58,143 nt of DNA from Trebonia sp. (GCA_030043595.1 JASHXJ010000034.1:1-58143); one strand, 5' to 3'; numbered from the stretch's first letter, positions 37,096-47,012 are shown. Translations and numbers: made by a program. Notes: generated by a model not told the origin, from the letters alone.

Positions 37096-38268
37096 ATGGC
37101 TAGCAAGTGGTTCGAGACCGTGGCGGTCGCGCAGCGGCGCGCCAGGCGGCGGCTGCCCAAGTCGGTGTACAGCGCGCTGCTGGCCGGCGCCGAGGCGGGT
37201 GTGACGATCCGCGACAACGTCGCGGCGTTCTCCGAGCTCGGGTTCGCGCCGCATGTCGCGGGGCTGGCGGCCACGCGGGAGATGGCCACTACGGTGATGG
37301 GCCAGCCGATCTCGCTGCCCGTGCTGATCTCGCCGACCGGCGTGCAGGCCGTGCACCCGGACGGCGAGGTCGCGGTGGCGCGGGCCGCTGCCGCCCGCGG
37401 CACCGTGATGAGCCTTTCCTCGTTCGCGAGCAAGCCGATCGAGGAGGTCGTCGCGGCCAGCCCGCAGACGTTCTTCCAGATGTACTGGGTCGGCTCGCGT
37501 GACGACATGGCGGCGCGGATGGAGCGGGCGCGGGCGGCCGGTGCCGTGGGACTGATCGCCACGCTGGACTGGTCGTTCTCGTTCGGCAGGGACTGGGGCA
37601 GCCCGCACATCCCCGAGAAGATGACCCTGCGCGAGATGATCCGCATGGCCCCGGAGGGACTGTCGCGCCCGGCCTGGTTCATGGAGTGGGCCAGGACCGG
37701 CAAGTTCCCTGACCTGACCGTCCCCAACCTGCCGGTGGGCGGTGCGGCGCCGCCGACGTTCTTCGGCGCTTACGGGCAGTGGATGGCCTCTGTGCCGCCC
37801 TCGTGGGACGACGTCGCCTGGCTGCGGTCGCAGTGGGGCGGGCCGTTCATGCTCAAGGGCGTGACCCGGATCGACGACGCCAAGCGCGCCGTCGACGCGG
37901 GGGTCACCGCGATCTCGGTCTCCAACCACGGCGGCAACAACCTGGACGGCACCCCCGCCACCATCCGGCTGCTGCCGGACATCGCGCGCACGGTCGGCGA
38001 CCAGGTCGAGGTGCTCATGGACGGCGGCATCCGGCGCGGCGGCGACGTGGTCAAGGCGCTGGCCCTGGGAGCGCGCGCCGTGCTGATCGGGCGCGCGTAC
38101 CTGTGGGGGCTCGCGGCGGCCGGGCAGGCCGGCGTGGAGAACGTGCTTGACCTTCTCCGGTCAGGCATCGACGCCTGCCTGCTCGGGCTCGGGCACTCGT
38201 CGATCGCCGAGCTCTCGCCGGACGACCTGGTGATCCCGCCCGGCTTCACCCGCCGCCTTGGCGGCTAG
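37096..38268 (+). CDS. mftD: Mycofactocin biosynthesis FMN-dependent deaminase MftD
   Basis: WFETVAVAQRRA.RRLPKSVY, SPTGVQAVHPDGE, RDWGSP.IP, SVSNHGGNNLDG, DGGIRRG. Confidence 0.95.
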   Translation: MASKWFETVAVAQRRARRRLPKSVYSALLAGAEAGVTIRDNVAAFSELGFAPHVAGLAATREMATTVMGQPISLPVLISPTGVQAVHPDGEVAVARAAAARGTVMSLSSFASKPIEEVVAASPQTFFQMYWVGSRDDMAARMERARAAGAVGLIATLDWSFSFGRDWGSPHIPEKMTLREMIRMAPEGLSRPAWFMEWARTGKFPDLTVPNLPVGGAAPPTFFGAYGQWMASVPPSWDDVAWLRSQWGGPFMLKGVTRIDDAKRAVDAGVTAISVSNHGGNNLDGTPATIRLLPDIARTVGDQVEVLMDGGIRRGGDVVKALALGARAVLIGRAYLWGLAAAGQAGVENVLDLLRSGIDACLLGLGHSSIAELSPDDLVIPPGFTRRLGG

Positions 38269-39716
38269 CGGTTTCGCCACTCGGCGAAGAACGCACTGGC
38301 CGGCCGGGACCACAACAAGACAGCGGTCGCCAGACCGATCGCCCAGACCGCGATGGTGGTGAACCGGGGGCCGGGGTCGTTGTGCGTGGCCAAGGCGACG
38401 ATCAGCGTGCAGATCGAGTAGATGGCGGTCAGCGCCGTTCCGGCGGGCCGGGTCCAGGCGGCTCCGCGGCGGCAGGCCAGCGCTAGCCATACCCAGCCGG
38501 CCAGGCCGGCGGCGGTGGCGGCGGCCCCGAGGGCCATCACGCCGGCCATCTGGTGCGCGGTCCGCTCTGCCTGGGCGAGGGAGGCGTGCTGATCCTGAAT
38601 GACCTCGTTGTGGTAGCGGTCCAAAACCATGAGGCTGAGGATCAGGTCAGCCAGGGTGACCGTGAACCCGAGGTACATGAGCAGGATGGCCTCCCGGACC
38701 CGGGGGACCGCCGAGCTGGACAGCCGTTGCTGGCCTGGGGTGGACTGTGCTTCACCGGTGGGACCAGTGTCAGCTCCTGAGGACGGCGTCTCCGTTTCGG
38801 TCGGGGTGTACAGCTCCGGGGTGCGGGCCTCCGGTGTCGCGCTGGCTTGCGCGGTAGCGATCCGGCTCGCGACAGCATCGGGCCAGAACGAGCCAAGAGT
38901 CGGATCCGCGGTCGGCCCCGACGTGGCGATCATGTCAGCCAGCTCGGGCAGGCCGGGCCGCTGCGCGGGGACCTTTTTCAAGCATGCCCGGATGACCTGC
39001 TGCAGCGCAGGAGAGAGCTGACCCAGGTCAGGTTCCGCGAAGGCCACCCGGTACAAGATCGATGAATAGCTCCCGGTGCCGAACGGCGGCTTGCCCGTCG
39101 CGGCGAACGCGAGCACGCACCCCAGTGCGAAAACATCGCTCGCCGCGCTGGCCGGCTCGCCTTCCACCTGCTCCGGCGATATGTACCCGGGTGTGCCGAT
39201 CAGAATCCCCGCCGAGGTCAGCTGGGTGCCCTCGAACGCGCGGGAGATACCGAAGTCGATCACGTGCGGCCCGTCGTTGGCGACCAGGACGTTCTGGGGC
39301 TTGAGGTCGCGGTGGACCAGGCCCGCGTCGTGCACGTTGCGGAGCGCCTCGGCGAGCCCAGCGGCCAGCCGCCAGACCGCCTCCTCGGGAAGCGGTCCTG
39401 AGCTGGCGACTAGCGTGGCGAGCGACGGCCCGGGCACATACGCGGTGGCCAGCCATGGCGGGTTGTCGGTAACGCCGGAGGCGACGACCGCTGCGGCGTA
39501 CATGCCGCTGACCTTGCTAGCAGACTCCACCTCGCGGCGGAATCGCTCGCGGAACCCATCCTCGTGGGCGATGTGCGAGTGCACGACCTTGACCGCCACG
39601 GCCCGCCCAGCGGGAGAGAAGCCGAGATAGACCCGGCCCATGCCGCCAGCGCCCAGCTGGGCCCGCAGCCGGAATTCGCCGATCATTTGGGGGTCGTTAG
39701 CGGATAGCGGTATCAT
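38265..39716 (-). CDS. AfsK-like Ser/Thr protein kinase with a C-terminal 4-TM region
   Basis: LGAGGMGRVY, VAVK, HRDLKPQN, DFGIS, GTPGY.SPE. Confidence 0.95.
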   Translation of the reverse strand: MIPLSANDPQMIGEFRLRAQLGAGGMGRVYLGFSPAGRAVAVKVVHSHIAHEDGFRERFRREVESASKVSGMYAAAVVASGVTDNPPWLATAYVPGPSLATLVASSGPLPEEAVWRLAAGLAEALRNVHDAGLVHRDLKPQNVLVANDGPHVIDFGISRAFEGTQLTSAGILIGTPGYISPEQVEGEPASAASDVFALGCVLAFAATGKPPFGTGSYSSILYRVAFAEPDLGQLSPALQQVIRACLKKVPAQRPGLPELADMIATSGPTADPTLGSFWPDAVASRIATAQASATPEARTPELYTPTETETPSSGADTGPTGEAQSTPGQQRLSSSAVPRVREAILLMYLGFTVTLADLILSLMVLDRYHNEVIQDQHASLAQAERTAHQMAGVMALGAAATAAGLAGWVWLALACRRGAAWTRPAGTALTAIYSICTLIVALATHNDPGPRFTTIAVWAIGLATAVLLWSRPASAFFAEWRNR

Positions 39717-40001
39717 CCCTGCTCCCAAGCCGCCGAGCCGCACACCCAGCACGCTGAGATTACCCGGATTACGAGGCAATGTCAGGATCTGCGGGCATTC
39801 CAGGATGTCACCGAATCCCACGGGAGCCGGCTGGGGTGAATTAACGGGACTCCAGTCGAACGGTGTCCCCCAACGCCGAACGATTTCCTACAGGCCGCTG
39901 CTGGCGCGTAATTCCTGCGGACTTGTTCCGATACGATCAGAATGTCGGCCAGCAGAAACGTCCGACGGCGTGGGATGGCGGCTTGGAACGGGAGCGGGTC
40001 T

Positions 40002-41627
40002 ATGCCACAAGAGCCGATGGTCGCGCGATTCGCCGAGCAGTTGCGGACCCTCCGTGCGGAGGCCGGAAACCCGCCGCTCGCGGAGATTGCCAGGCTCAGT
40101 GGCCACCGGATAGCAAAGGCCACCATTCACGACCAGCTGGCCGGCAGGCGCAAGGGGCTCCCCGATGCGCTTTTCGTCACGGCCTTCTACGAGTCCTGCC
40201 TCGCGTTCGCGCAGTCCATCGGCCGGGGAAGTGAGCGGCTGGGCACACTCGACCAGTGGATCGACCTCCTGGCCGCCGCCGACCGGGGAGCGCAGGAGCT
40301 GGTGTCTCCGGTGGTCGGCGCGGCGTCCACGGTGTCAGTCGCCAGCCGTCCAGGGGGCCCGGCTGCTCCGGAACCCGCGAACCCGGGAGTGCCTGCGGCG
40401 GAGGCGGCGATCCAGAGCCTCCCTGGCCATCACCGGCACCGGGACGTGCGGCAGGCCATCGTGGCCGTCTCTGTGCTCGTGATCGCGGCGGCCGCCGTGG
40501 CCGGCCTGCTCGTGTACTGGCTCGTCAGGCAGCCGGCGCCAGCCCCGTCGGCGGCACCGCCCGCGCGGACCAAGTCGCCGAGGAACACGGCTGCGGCAAC
40601 ACCGACCCCGACTCCGACGCTGACGCCGACGACCCCGCCTGCACAGCCGACACTCCCATCGTCCTGGCAGTTCGCGACGTCCGATTCCGTCGATGGCAGC
40701 CCGGCGGTCGCCAACGGCGTCGTGTTCATCGCCGATGACAGCGGCAACATCTTCGCACTGAATGCCGATAGCGGGAAGCAGATCTGGCATAGGAAGGCGA
40801 GCGCCCAGATTGACTCCAAGCTGTACGTGCTGAATGGCGTGCTCTACGTCGGGGATGACAATGGTGATTTCTATGCCATCAATACCGCGAACGGCCAGAT
40901 TCGCTGGCAGCGGAATTTCCCCGGGGGAGTCGACTCAAGCGCGACCGTGGCCAACGGCGTCGTCTATTTCGGCGACGGCGACAACTACGTCCATGCGCTC
41001 GCCGTCAGTACCGGCGCCACGGTGTGGACCTACCAGACCGGCAACACGGTGCAGTCAAGCCCCGCCGTCGTGGATGGCATCGTCTACGTCGGCAGCGAGG
41101 ACGACAACGTGTACGCGCTGAACGCAGCCAACGGAGCCAAGGTCTGGTCCTTCCAGACCGGCGCGCCGGTCGACTCGAGCCCGACGGTGACCGGCGGGGT
41201 CGTCTACATCGGCAGCGACGATCACCACGTCTACGCCCTGCGCGCCAGTTCGGGCGCCGTGCTGTGGACTCAGTCCGTGGGCGGCCAGGTCACCTCAAAG
41301 CCGCTGGTGGCCGACGGCGTGGTCTACGTCAGCAGCGGCGACGGCCGCCTGTACGCCCTGGACGCGCAGACCGGTGCGCAGCGCTGGAGCATCGAGCTGG
41401 GCGGGCCACTGGACTCGAGCCCGGCCATCTACGACGGGCTCATCTATGTGGGCAGCGCGGTGAGCGACAGCAGCGGGAGCCTTTGCGTCCTCACTACCGA
41501 CGGCAAGCTCGTCAAGTCGTACCAGACCGGGGCACAGGTGCAGTCGAGCCCCCTGATCGCCGACGGCTGGGTCTACGTCGGCAGCGACAACTCCGAGTTG
41601 CTCGCCGTCAGGCTGCCGGCCAGCTGA
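40002..41627 (+). CDS. XRE-like HTH + single TM + Pro/Thr linker + 8 PQQ/BamB-type beta-propeller repeats
   Basis: FAEQLRTLRAEAGNP.L..IA......ATI.D.L.G.R..LP; eight ~40-aa W.....V.SSP.V..G.VY.GS.D..VYAL repeats. Confidence 0.85.
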   Translation: MPQEPMVARFAEQLRTLRAEAGNPPLAEIARLSGHRIAKATIHDQLAGRRKGLPDALFVTAFYESCLAFAQSIGRGSERLGTLDQWIDLLAAADRGAQELVSPVVGAASTVSVASRPGGPAAPEPANPGVPAAEAAIQSLPGHHRHRDVRQAIVAVSVLVIAAAAVAGLLVYWLVRQPAPAPSAAPPARTKSPRNTAAATPTPTPTLTPTTPPAQPTLPSSWQFATSDSVDGSPAVANGVVFIADDSGNIFALNADSGKQIWHRKASAQIDSKLYVLNGVLYVGDDNGDFYAINTANGQIRWQRNFPGGVDSSATVANGVVYFGDGDNYVHALAVSTGATVWTYQTGNTVQSSPAVVDGIVYVGSEDDNVYALNAANGAKVWSFQTGAPVDSSPTVTGGVVYIGSDDHHVYALRASSGAVLWTQSVGGQVTSKPLVADGVVYVSSGDGRLYALDAQTGAQRWSIELGGPLDSSPAIYDGLIYVGSAVSDSSGSLCVLTTDGKLVKSYQTGAQVQSSPLIADGWVYVGSDNSELLAVRLPAS

Positions 41628-41633
41628 TCGCGG

Positions 41634-42626
41634 CTAGGAAGGGCAGGCCTGCCGCCAGGCGTCCAGGCTCAGGTGCTTGCGGAGGGCGTTGAAGTGATCC
41701 CGCTTCGCGGCCGGGCAGAACTGGGAAAGCCTGAGCGTGTATTCGATGTCGAACACCGCCTTGCCCGCCCGCGTGAACTCATCAAGGCCGTAGCCGCCGT
41801 TCTGCGCGGTGGTGCACTCGGCGTACTGGAAGCACTGCTCGTCGACGGCGAAATCGAAGTACGGGAGCAGGACAGGGATCTGCTGCTCGTCGTTCTTCAA
41901 GGCGACCGACAGGCCGAACTGGTGCGCCAGGTTGGCCAGGAATACGTCGTAGCGGAGCTGGTCGGCCGCCGTCAGGGGAAAGCCGGTGTCATTGGTGTAC
42001 CCGTCGACGTTGTCGAAGTCGACGGCGTTGAACCCCTTGTCCTTGCACATCTGGACCCGGGCCCGCATGATCCTGGCGAGCGCGCCGGGGTACTTGGCGA
42101 TGTCCAGCCAGCGCTCGCCAGGCCACCCGCTGTCAGGGAGGCCGAGCAGCCCGGGCGGGAACTGACTCGCGTCCGGCCGCCAGTTCTCCCAGGTGCCGGC
42201 GTCGATGTAGCAGACCACGCCGCGGCCGCGCAGCGTACGGTGCAGCGCGGCGACGGTGGCAGCCGGAGTGTCGAACCCGTCGAGCTCGATCATTGTCACC
42301 GGCAGGTAAGGCGGTGCCGGGGTGTCGGACAGCTCGATCTGCCAGCTTTCGCTGAGACTGGGCCGCCAGCAGGACCGGCACGGCACCGGAGCGGGCAAGG
42401 GGGCCTGGGCCGGCGGGCGCCGCGGAGCGGGCGACGCGACCCGGGCCGGGGTGGGCACCGGACTGGTCACCGCGGTCGCCGTCGCTTCGAGCCGCCCGCC
42501 GGCCCCTAGGGTAACCCGGAGGGCGGTCACGCCCGCTGCAGCCGCCAGGACAGCGAGCAGCACGACGAGCGCGGTACCACGCCAGTCCCGCCTGCCGCTG
42601 AGTTCCCTGCCTCGCATGGTCGTCAC
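41634..42626 (-). CDS. GH114 endo-alpha-1,4-polygalactosaminidase family protein
   Basis: SWQ..L, VCYI.AG.WE.WRPD, WPGERWLDI, KGF.AVD.DNVDGY, LKND, EQC. Confidence 0.9.
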   Translation of the reverse strand: MTTMRGRELSGRRDWRGTALVVLLAVLAAAAGVTALRVTLGAGGRLEATATAVTSPVPTPARVASPAPRRPPAQAPLPAPVPCRSCWRPSLSESWQIELSDTPAPPYLPVTMIELDGFDTPAATVAALHRTLRGRGVVCYIDAGTWENWRPDASQFPPGLLGLPDSGWPGERWLDIAKYPGALARIMRARVQMCKDKGFNAVDFDNVDGYTNDTGFPLTAADQLRYDVFLANLAHQFGLSVALKNDEQQIPVLLPYFDFAVDEQCFQYAECTTAQNGGYGLDEFTRAGKAVFDIEYTLRLSQFCPAAKRDHFNALRKHLSLDAWRQACPS

Positions 42627-42705
42627 GCCTCGCCCCAGTGCCCGCGCGTTCGGATAACGCGGGCGTCCTGCGTCGCAAGCCTAGCCAGCGGCGGCCGACA
42701 TCCCT

Positions 42706-42745
42706 CGTCCGGAAACGTCCGGATTCGTCCCGGGGCCAATCCGGA
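42706..42745. repeat. CGTCCGGA-like motifs at ~10-bp period upstream of the GH114 gene
   Basis: CGTCCGGA 42706, CGTCCGGA 42716, CGTCCCGG 42726, ATCCGGA 42739. Confidence 0.55.
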
Positions 42746-42791
42746 ACACCGGGCGCGGCTAAAACCTGTCCTGGTACACCATCGCGTGCCG

Positions 42792-43556
42792 TCATCCAGC
42801 CTCCTCTGCAGTGCTCAAGAAATCCTGCACCACATTCCACAGCCTGTCGCCTGACCGGAGCATGTCGTTGTGGCCGACGCCAGGAAGGCTGACCAGTCGC
42901 GCATGGCCTCCCATCGCCCTGGTCAGCTCCTTTGCCATCCACGGCCGAGTGAGTGCGTCTTCTGACCCGCTTATGATCAGAGTGGGGCAGTCGACGCTCC
43001 TGGCCTTGGAGAGAGCGTCGAAGGGGCCAATGGCGAATGCGGTCCTGCCGATGCGCGTCAGATCTATCGCGCAGGCGAGCAGGCTGGTCATCGGGCTAAG
43101 CAGTACGAGCGCTCTTACCTCGCGGCGACTGGCGAGATCGACTGCCACTGCGCTTCCGAGGGACCAGCCGATAAGCGTAACCTGGTCAAGAGTTATCGAT
43201 GCCTGCCGCTGCAGGTATGTAATCGCCGCATCCGCAGAGCGGTAGCAGCCGTATTCTGAAGGAGATCCGGAACTGACGCCGTAGCCGGCGTACTCGACAC
43301 AGGCGACGCCGTATCCTGTGCTGCCGAGCAACCGCCGAACAGGCCAGGTCCCGGCGACGGTCATGCCGTTTCCGTAAAAGAATAGAACCCATTGCTGCTT
43401 GTCCACCGGTGGACGGATGATCAACCCGATGCGTTCCTCGCGGGTGGTCTCCTGCCACACAAGCTCTTCTCCGGGTTGCATGGTCCGCTCGACTTGCCCG
43501 ACGTCAACCGACCGACTGGCGCCAGGATAAATCAGCCTAGATATCGGGCCTTTCAT
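42792..43556 (-). CDS. Alpha/beta hydrolase (ABHD17/BEM46-like)
   Basis: FFYGNG, EY.GYG.S.G.PSE, GWSLG nucleophile, G..D, GHND. Confidence 0.9.
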   Translation of the reverse strand: MKGPISRLIYPGASRSVDVGQVERTMQPGEELVWQETTREERIGLIIRPPVDKQQWVLFFYGNGMTVAGTWPVRRLLGSTGYGVACVEYAGYGVSSGSPSEYGCYRSADAAITYLQRQASITLDQVTLIGWSLGSAVAVDLASRREVRALVLLSPMTSLLACAIDLTRIGRTAFAIGPFDALSKARSVDCPTLIISGSEDALTRPWMAKELTRAMGGHARLVSLPGVGHNDMLRSGDRLWNVVQDFLSTAEEAG

Positions 43557-43590
43557 CGCCTGGCCCTATTCCCGCAGGTCCTGGCCCCTG

Positions 43591-45369
43591 CTAAGCCGTG
43601 CCCAGGGAGGTCCAGCCGGACCAGGCGCCGTTCACCTGCGTCTGGTACGCCGTGTACAGCTGGCCGTTCATGCCGGTGAGGAAGACTTCCATCCGGCCAT
43701 CGGCGTTGGCGCCCTCGGCGATGGCGTCGCCCTGCGGCCAGGTGCCGGCCAGGGAGGTCCAGCCGGACCACGCGCTGCCGTTGACCGCCGTCTGGTAGGC
43801 CGTGTAGAGGTGCGTGTTCTCGCCGATGAGGAAGACTTCCTGGCGGCCGTCGGCGTTGCCGCCTGCCGCGATCGCGTCGCCCGCCGGCCACCCGCCGCCA
43901 AGCGACGTCCAGCCCGACCACGCGCCGTTGACCTGCGTCTGGCTGGTCGTGTACAGCTGACCGTTCATGCCGGCGAGGTAGATCTCCATCTGGCCGCTGG
44001 GGTCGCTGTCCTCGGCGATGCTGTCGCCGGCCGGCCAGTCACCGCCGAAGGAGGTCCAGCCCGACCACACGGCACTGTTGACGGCGGTCTCGTACGCGGT
44101 ATACAGCTGGCCGTTCGCACCCACCAGGAACACCTCAAGCCGGCCGTCCGCGTTCGCCCCGCCCGCGATGCTGTCGCCCGCGGGCCAGTCACCGGCCAGC
44201 GACTGCCAGCCGGACCACGCGCCGTTCAGCTGCGTCTGGTACGCCGTGTCCAGCTGGCCGTTCCCGGCAACCAGGAACACCTGCAGCCGGCCATCGGCGT
44301 TCGGGCCCACGGCGATGCTGTCGCCGGCCGGCCAGTCCCCGCCAAGCGACGTCCAGCCCGACCACGCGCCATTCACCTGCGTCTGGTACGCCGTGTCCAG
44401 CTGGCCGTTCCCGCCGATGAGGAAGACCTCGATCCGGCCGTCGGCGTTCGCGCCCACCGCGATGGGCGTGCCCTGCGGCCAGTCACCGCCAAGGGAAGTC
44501 CACCCGGACCACGCACCGTTCACCTGCGTCTGGTAGGCCGTGTCCAGCTGCCCGTTCCCGCCGACGGTGAAGACCTCCATCCGGCCGTCGGCGTTCGGCC
44601 ATTCCGCGACCGCCGAGCTCGACGACAGGCGCGCCTGCCCGGCGGCGCGCGCCGCGGCGGGGGCGTGCACGACGCCGATCGTCTGATAGGTCCACTCCTT
44701 GTCGCCGCCGCCAACCGTGACCTTGCCGCCGGAGATCTTGCCGTTTACCTGCGGCGCGGCGTCACCCGGCGCGCCGCTGTTCTGGCTGACCAGGTCCACC
44801 GTCCCGCTGGTGACCGGCGAGGAATCGTTGACGATCAGCGCGTGACCGCCATCCGGCGACCCGTTCTTGAACACGTTGATGATCACCACATCGCCGGGGC
44901 CGAGATAGGACACCGACCCGTTCGGCTGCTTGCTGAGCTGCTTCGGCGTGTTATCCCACAGCGCCGGCCCCGCGCTGCCAAGCCAGGTCGCCTTGATCCA
45001 GCCCCGCGTCAGGTACAGCCGGTTGACCAGCTCGGGGCACTGCCACTCCTCCCCCGCGATCACCCCGCCGACCTTCGACATCGAACCCGAGCAGTCAGTG
45101 CCCTCGCCCTCGAACCGGCCGTTGCTCCTGACGTTCACCCCCAGGCCGCCCAGCCACGCCGAGCCTGCCAGCAGCACGTTCCCGCACGCACCGGGGGCCA
45201 CCATGGTGGCCGCCGCCGCTTCCCCGGCCGGACCCGCGGCGACGGGCAGGAACACCGCCGAGACGGCGAGCAGCATGCCCGCCAGGATCCGTACAGGACG
45301 CGGGAAGCAGGCAAGCCGGCGAGCGACCCGCCCGGACACCGCCGCTATCGCTGCAAACAGCTGGCTCAT
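43591..45369 (-). CDS. Secreted CHAP-like amidase + seven-bladed PLL-type lectin propeller
   Basis: WQCPELVNRLY, PGDVV, GGHALIV, QN; seven 49-50-aa NADGR.EVF..G.NGQL..A.Q....G.WSGW.SLGG repeats. Confidence 0.82.
   Translation of the reverse strand: MSQLFAAIAAVSGRVARRLACFPRPVRILAGMLLAVSAVFLPVAAGPAGEAAAATMVAPGACGNVLLAGSAWLGGLGVNVRSNGRFEGEGTDCSGSMSKVGGVIAGEEWQCPELVNRLYLTRGWIKATWLGSAGPALWDNTPKQLSKQPNGSVSYLGPGDVVIINVFKNGSPDGGHALIVNDSSPVTSGTVDLVSQNSGAPGDAAPQVNGKISGGKVTVGGGDKEWTYQTIGVVHAPAAARAAGQARLSSSSAVAEWPNADGRMEVFTVGGNGQLDTAYQTQVNGAWSGWTSLGGDWPQGTPIAVGANADGRIEVFLIGGNGQLDTAYQTQVNGAWSGWTSLGGDWPAGDSIAVGPNADGRLQVFLVAGNGQLDTAYQTQLNGAWSGWQSLAGDWPAGDSIAGGANADGRLEVFLVGANGQLYTAYETAVNSAVWSGWTSFGGDWPAGDSIAEDSDPSGQMEIYLAGMNGQLYTTSQTQVNGAWSGWTSLGGGWPAGDAIAAGGNADGRQEVFLIGENTHLYTAYQTAVNGSAWSGWTSLAGTWPQGDAIAEGANADGRMEVFLTGMNGQLYTAYQTQVNGAWSGWTSLGTA
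43600..44600 (-). repeat. Seven ~147-bp coding tandem repeats (lectin blades)
   Basis: Near-identical DNA units such as GCCGTTCACCTGCGTCTGGTA recur. Confidence 0.9.
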
Positions 45370-45574
45370 CACGACCCCCATGACGTGTGGCGTACTGAAC
45401 GTGCACCGCCAGCCAGGCCATAGCGCGTCGAATATTCTCGCACGCGCGGCGCGCATCCGCTGTGCTATGACCTTTCCGACCTTGTCCGGACATTGGACTG
45501 TCGCGGCGCGCCATGAGCGCGGGTGGCGGTAATCGGGTTGCCGACCGCCGTGCGCGTCGCCGACGATGGCGGGC

Positions 45575-46156
45575 ATGGCCACGACCCGGCGAGCCGACAT
45601 GTTCACCGCGGACGGCAAGCCCTCTGCCGACGACCCGCGCGAGAACGGGCCGAGGCTGCGCGACGAGCGCGGCACACTCGCCGAGTCGCTGCGCCGTCAG
45701 CGCCTCACACTGGAGCTGAAGTGCGCGGGTCTTGATGCGCGGGCTTTGGCGCGGCGTTCTGTCGAGCCGTCGACCATGTCGCTGCTTGGGCTGGTCCGGC
45801 ACCTGGCCGAGATGGAGCGCGCGACGTTCCGGGTGCTGATGGCGGGTCAGGACGTGCCCCGCCTGTTCTGCTCCGGCACCGACCGTGACGGCGACTTCGA
45901 CGGCGCGGTTCCTGATCCCCGGGTGGTCGCGCAGGCATGGGACGCATGGCGTGCGGAGGTGGACTTCGCCACGCGGTTCGTGGCCGGGGCGCCCAGTCTG
46001 GACATCACCGGCGACGATCCGCTGAATCGGCATGGCAGTGGCGGAGGGCTCATGTCGCTGCGCGAGGCGCTGGTCGGAATGATCGAGGAGTACGCCCGCC
46101 ACATGGGTCACGCCGACCTGCTGCGCGAGCGGATCGACGGGCGCATAGGCCAGTAA
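45575..46156 (+). CDS. DinB/DUF664 family protein
   Basis: ER.TL...L..QR.TL..KC.GL, SLLGLVRHLAEME, MIEEYARH.GHADLLRE.IDG. Confidence 0.92.
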   Translation: MATTRRADMFTADGKPSADDPRENGPRLRDERGTLAESLRRQRLTLELKCAGLDARALARRSVEPSTMSLLGLVRHLAEMERATFRVLMAGQDVPRLFCSGTDRDGDFDGAVPDPRVVAQAWDAWRAEVDFATRFVAGAPSLDITGDDPLNRHGSGGGLMSLREALVGMIEEYARHMGHADLLRERIDGRIGQ

Positions 46157-46388
46157 TCGCCGGATTCCGCTGAGCCCAGCGCCACGCAGGCTCTGCGCCA
46201 TGCTGTCCGCCAGCACGTCCGGCCAACGCTGATGTGGCGAATTGGTGCATAAGGAAACGCGACGTACCCGATCAGTCGTAAGATATCCGCGTTCTCATAT
46301 TGATGGTCTAGACAGGTCCGGGGGGTGGTGTCATGCGCGGACCACGACCGTCAACGGAGATGGACAAGACTTCCAGGCAGGGCGAGTC

Positions 46389-47012
46389 ATGACGGGCAAG
46401 TCGGTGCTGGCGATCGGCGCCCACCCCGATGACATCGAGCTGGGCTGCGGGGGAACGCTGGCGAGGCATGTGGCGGCTGGGGACCAGGTTGCCATGCTGG
46501 TGGTGACACGCGGCGAGGTAGGACCCGGGGAGACCGATCAGCGGGTGACCGAGCAGGAGCGTGCGGTCGAGGTGCTCGGCGTGCACACACTGCTGTGGGG
46601 CACCGGGATCACGGACTGCCAGGTCTCCCTGCATGAGCTGGAGCTTGTCCACCTGATCGAGGACGCCATCCAGCGCGTCGATGCGACGATCGTTTACACG
46701 CACTCGCCGAACGACAGCCACCAGGACCACCGCGCGGTGGCCCTGTGCACCATGGGGGCGGCCCGCTGGATCTCGACGGTGATGTGCTACGAGGCGCCCT
46801 CGTCACTGCAGTTCAGCCCGACTGCCTACGTCGACATCTCCGACTCGCTCGACAAGAAGATCGACGCGGTGCTGTCCCACGCCAGCCAGGCAGAGGCCAG
46901 CAGGAAGGTCAGCGCATCGCGGGTCCGCAGCTCGGCCGATTACTACGGCCATGCCTGCCGCCGGACCTACGCCGAGGGATTTGAATCGGTGCGACTGACC
47001 ATCGAGATTTGA
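46389..47012 (+). CDS. PIG-L family deacetylase
   Basis: AIGAHPDDIE, T.GE, DSHQDH, H.SQ. Confidence 0.92.
   Translation: MTGKSVLAIGAHPDDIELGCGGTLARHVAAGDQVAMLVVTRGEVGPGETDQRVTEQERAVEVLGVHTLLWGTGITDCQVSLHELELVHLIEDAIQRVDATIVYTHSPNDSHQDHRAVALCTMGAARWISTVMCYEAPSSLQFSPTAYVDISDSLDKKIDAVLSHASQAEASRKVSASRVRSSADYYGHACRRTYAEGFESVRLTIEI

Noticed and set aside
29128-38268. mftA precursor peptide or a complete mft operon
   Set aside because: No IDGxCGVY-type peptide, mftB or mftC was seen.
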